Below the pieces are notes generated by a model. The model was not told the DNA's origin. It was given only the letters and a program-made list of their open reading frames with translations, and made no database searches. From assembly GCA_028534125.1 (NCBI GenBank), contig CM052816.1:20524001-20588000 (forward strand): DNA of 64,000 nt, given 5' to 3'. Of this stretch, positions 59,697-64,000 are shown in pieces. The DNA comes from Lama glama. Its lineage: Eukaryota. The position numbers were made by a program, and so were the translations under genes. Within the stretch, counting starts at the first letter, position 1. The number at the start of each line of letters is the position of its first letter.

Positions 59697-62600
59697 AAAG
59701 CATCCAACCTTGGGAGCTGTCGACAATATCAGCCTCCACCTCTGTCTCTAAGGCGGGGGTGTTAACATGTCATTGGGAGGAAACAGAAATGCCAGTGGGA
59801 GGTGGGGGCTGTGATGGAGGGGAGTCCCTTGTCTTGAGTGTGGCCCCACTGTCAGCCCCAGGGGTAGGGGAGCATCCGACACTGTGTTTGCTGTGAGGGC
59901 ACACATTCAAGGGCGTGAGCTCTGTGGTGCTGGGGACAGGAGTAACACCCGTGGGCATAGGTCCCCAGGGCTGTTCGCACACCTGTGCCCAGGTTGTAGA
60001 GCTGACAGCCTGGCATGTGACCCTGGGTGCTTCTCCCCCTCAGATGGGTGGGTGCTGGTCCAGTGCTCTCCCATGTCACTGAGGAGGGTCACCTGGCCTG
60101 CAGAAGACAGAGGGTATAAAGAGAAGGTTGGAAGCCATAACTCTGTTACAGAGTCGACAGAAAGCATTCAGAGAGGCAGCCCTGGGGTGGGAAGCAGCAT
60201 ATGGCTTCAGCAGGGGCAAATTAGTGCAATGTTATCTTCCTGCTACTTTATGATCACTGGTTACTGAGAGTGCTTAATTTAAAGTGTCTTCTCGGCATCT
60301 CAAGTGTGAGCAAGGACTAAACACAGCTACTTTCATGCAAATATATGAAACGTGGTGTACTCGCACATGCAAACACAGGGTAGAAATAACAATTTCCTCG
60401 TTGAAGTTATTTGAGATAAAAATCTTGCTGCCATCTGTTCCATGAAAAAAGATAAAAAGGAAAGTTCTGTTGAAAAATTAGGAAGTTTTCACCAGAATGG
60501 TGGGATTGTATAGCTTACACTAAAATGGTGTTTGAAAAATAATAACCCTGCCTACCTCATTGCTCTTTGTGTGCACCTGTGAGCTTTATCCAGTTTGAGC
60601 TGTAGGAATCTGCCCTGGGTCTCGCCAGGCATATTGTGTATTCCCCTGTGCCAGCCAGGGTGCTTCTCTCTTGCCCAAGGTTTGAAAATTTCCAGGAGAT
60701 GCAATATGTCCTGCTTTGCTTTATGAAGTAAAGATTCGCTTTGAGAAAAGGCAGACTAGCACAGTGGCTTAGCAGGCAACTTGGGCTCCAAGTAGCCCCA
60801 TGTGGCCTTGGGACTGTCTTTCCTCACTCTGCGCCCTGGTTTCCCTGACTGACATGGGCTGGTAACGATGCTCACCCCACATATGAGGTCTGGCACACAA
60901 GCACTCCTGCTGCGTCGGCCGTTTCTGCTCCTCCTGCTCCCCCTGCCGTGCCCCTGCTGTTGTGGCGTGCACGCAGTGACTCCATGGCATGGGCAGAGGA
61001 GCCCAGAATGAACTGTCTCAGTCGGGTCCTGCAAAGATTAAAAGGAAATGGAACTGTTATGATAGGAGCCCCCTTTTCTCTCCGCTCTGCGTGAGCTACT
61101 TGCTCTTCCGGATCTAAACGCTGCAGACTTGTGCTCTCCCCATCATGTCTCCTGACCCACCTCTGCTGCTCCATAGCCAAGCCACTGGTGGTGAGAGCAC
61201 CTGGAGACTAAGGTCCAGGGAGGGGACAGGATGTGCTGGCCACACAGCTGGTGAGGACCGGGGCCAGGCCTGTGACCTGGACCCGGCCAGAGGGAGGGCT
61301 CCATAATGAGCAGCACGTCCTACAGAGGCCTGAGCTGAAATGGGACCTTTGTGGGAGACACTGGGCTGGGGCCGGGGCTGGGCCATGGGAGGGCTCCCAC
61401 CTGTGGAGGGCCTGGGAGGGAGAAGGCAGCACAGTCTTTCAGGACCAGGCTCTCCTGATACAGGGGCTCTGGGAGAGGGTGGTGATAGGAGCCCGTATTC
61501 AAAAGAATGGAGCAGACATCAGAGAAGGGGGATGTGGACCTGGAGCTGGGGCACCAGATGCCAGCAGACTCAGGAGCAGAGGAGGGCTGCGGAGTCTTGG
61601 TCAGGCAGCTGTCAGAACCTACTTGCAGACAATGATCTGGGGCCTTGATGGGCTCAAGTGGCTCTGGGTGGCCCTGGAATAGGGGCGGGATAAGAGGAAA
61701 GTCTCCTTGGGAGCAGTGAAGGTCATGACTGTTAGCATTTTTATGCCCTACAGTTGCTCGGGGAAATTGCTAGCCCTTGAGTTTATAAACCACATATAAC
61801 CGTGTAGCATCCATTAAAAGGAACTGCCAGGGGATGCACGGTTTGCCTAGAAGAGCACCCAGCCTGCCATCTGCTCCCACATGTAAATTATCTATGTTTT
61901 ACAACCTTTCATGGAAGTTGTTTAAAGAGGGTTGCCTTTTTTTCTTCTTCTTCAAAAACTCAAGCGTAAATTCAAAACTCAGTTGAATAATCTCCAGAGA
62001 TCTCCCTTGCGTAATACTTCCGCTGCTCTGGCAGGTGAATACGCAGTCTAGGGGACCTGGAGGGCCCATCCACTCTGGAGGAGGAAAGCCCCAGCTGAAG
62101 GCCACCCTGGCACTCCCCTAGCCACCCATCCTGGTCTGTGCTGGGAGGGAGCCGTCTGTCCCTGGCAGCTGGTGTCTTAGAGACTCTCCAGGTGGGGTCG
62201 ACTGGCTGCTGGGTAATGCACTTCCCCCTAGAAGCCCTGGATGGAGGGCCTGGCTGAGACGTGGCGCCCCAGGACTCTATCAGACACCAGGGCAGGCAAA
62301 GCCGATGGGGTGGCAGCCCACCCACAGGTGACTGGGACGAGGCTGGACCTTCACTCCAAGGCCACAGCTGCTCGGGGTGGTGATCTGATGGAGCCTACCT
62401 GGACCCAGACCTGTCCCTCACGTGGATGTCCCCACGGGTTAATCCTCACCCAGCAAGGCCTTTTAGCTGCCAGCTACCCCTCCCCTTCTCTGTTGTTTAA
62501 GGGTAGATGGTGCTTCCCATGTCAGAAGAAAGCAGACTTAATCTTGAATGTGCAAACTAAATGGGATCAGAACCAGATCTGCATGGCTGGGTCGTCAGAC

Positions 62601-63282
62601 GCGGCCTTTTGAGAGGAGCTGTGTGCCAGGCGCAAGGCCTGTTTTCTCCCATGTGCTATTCGGGCCCAGCTCTGGGCGGCTTTCCCGCTCTGCAGTTCCG
62701 TGTTAAGCTCAGTGGCAGTAGTGGGAGATGGTGGGGGTTGAACTGGGACTACAGGCAATCAGACATCTTGCCCTTCTTCCTGGGGGCCGAGGAGGGGGAT
62801 GCTGTGGGCTCAGTGGAGTAAGGGAAGGGACCATATGAGACCTCAGTGTGGACATGCCCACCCAGTGCCCTGCAGAAGCCCCTTCATCACCTGCGCCACT
62901 GCCCAGTCCCGAGAGCCCACAGGCTAAAGAGAAGGGAAACCAGGCCCCAGGAGCTCCAACGCACTAGTTCATGCCTGGCCAGGGCGTAGACAGGGCAGCA
63001 GCTGCGGGCAGACAGGGCTCCAGCAAGGGACAGAAAATCCAAGTGCATAAAGCGTAGACCTTTCTGGATTACCCAGAGTGGGGCAGAGTGTGAACTGAGC
63101 CCAAGCAGGAGTGAAAGTAGAGGACCAGTGTGGTCCCCAAAGAAGGAGACCTGGCTGCAGCTGGGTCAGGTGCTGGAGCGTCAGTGGCGGGCGTCGGTGG
63201 TGGGAATGGAGAAGCAGGGGCTGGCCAGTTGTGCTCAGCACGTCTCACCGCCCTGGCAGTCTGGTGGGCAAGCCCTCCCACG

Positions 63283-63638
63283 GGGCTTAGTCAGCTGGGC
63301 TCCTGTTAATAAAACACCACAGGCTGGGCAGCTTATAAACAACTGACATTTATTTCTCACACTCTGGAGGCTGGGAGTCCGAGATCAGGATTCCCGGTGA
63401 TCGGGTTCTGGTGCGGACCCTCTTCCAGGTGGCTGACTGCCAGCCTTGCACTGTGTCCACCCAGGGTTTGGAAGGGGCTGGGGGCTGTCTCAGGCCCCTT
63501 TTGTAAGGGCAGTGACGCCATTCATGAGGGCTGTGCTCTCGTGACCTAATTACTCCCTGCACGCCCCACTTCCTAATACCGTCACCTTGGGGTTGTTTCA
63601 ACATAGACATTTGGGAAGGACACTTTCGTACCGTAGCA
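63283..63638 (-). mobile_element. MaLR MLT1A-like solo LTR
   Basis: cttagtc...aaaacaccacaggctgggcagcttataaacaactgacatttatttctcacactctggaggctgggagtccgagatcagg...ccccacttcctaataccgtcaccttgggg...accgtagca. Confidence 0.93.
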
Positions 63639-63699
63639 GGGGCTATGGACAAGATGATCTCTACCTGTCTGTCTATCTTAATGTTTTCCTTTTCATTTC

Positions 63700-64000
63700 T
63701 ATCTTCCTTTCAGTTGTTCAGTCAGTTAAGAAACACTGTAAGGAGCTGGGGATGGAGAGTCCCCAGCACAGACACGGTTCCCCTCCACCCACTCCGGTCT
63801 GACAGCTGCAGCTCAGCACAGGTGTCTGGAGGGAAGGAGGGGTGCTGGAGGAGCGTGCAACAGGAACCTAATCCCCAAATGGAGATTTACGGAAAGTGAG
63901 AAGCGGTCTCAGATGACGTGATGCGTAAACTGAAAGGCTAAGAAGGGAGAGGAGACTGTTCTGAGCAGAGGATGGACAGACAAGCAAAAGCCAGGGCAGA
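63700..64000 (-). mobile_element. L2 fragment running off the window end
   Basis: Reversed tail-like ttcagttgttcagtcagt, then gaagcggtctcagatgacgtgatg...gttctgagcagaggatggacag...gcaaaagcc. Confidence 0.5.

Noticed and set aside
61060..61494. 12-bp direct repeat TGATAGGAGCCC about 420 bp apart
   Set aside because: No poly(A) or element between the copies, and a match of this size is plausible by chance in 64 kb
1..64000. Prokaryotic-type systems (CRISPR arrays, operons), rRNA/tRNA genes, a CpG-island promoter
   Set aside because: The sequence is mammalian repeat-rich DNA; I saw no regularly spaced repeats, no RNA-gene signatures and no sustained CpG-dense island

Overview
This is mammalian, essentially non-coding genomic DNA (large intron or intergenic), most likely from a camelid (llama, alpaca or camel). 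The lineage call rests on young L1 3' ends at 8200-8472 and 32386-32625 that look camelid-type from memory, and on my seeing no Alu, B1/B2, Bov-A/BovB, PRE-1, CHR or SINEC elements. I recognise no protein-coding gene, RNA gene or processed pseudogene. The supplied ORFs are chance ORFs, repeat or low-complexity ORFs, or ORFs inflated by N runs. Much of the window is old interspersed repeat: L2, MIR, CR1/L3, L1M/HAL1, MaLR MLT1 LTRs, a MER31-like ERV1 LTR, and the hAT elements MER5, MER53, MER63 and MER96B. There are three assembly gaps (100, 500 and 500 N), one flanked by an exact 199-bp duplication that is probably an assembly overlap. The most interesting leads are (i) small minus-strand exon candidates with strong splice signals, three of which chain into one open frame, (ii) repeat-free, motif-dense blocks that look like enhancers, and (iii) well-preserved retrotransposition junctions. 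I cannot support a novel biological system from this sequence alone. Repeat names come from recalled consensus sequences, not a database run, and boundaries are approximate unless TSDs are given.
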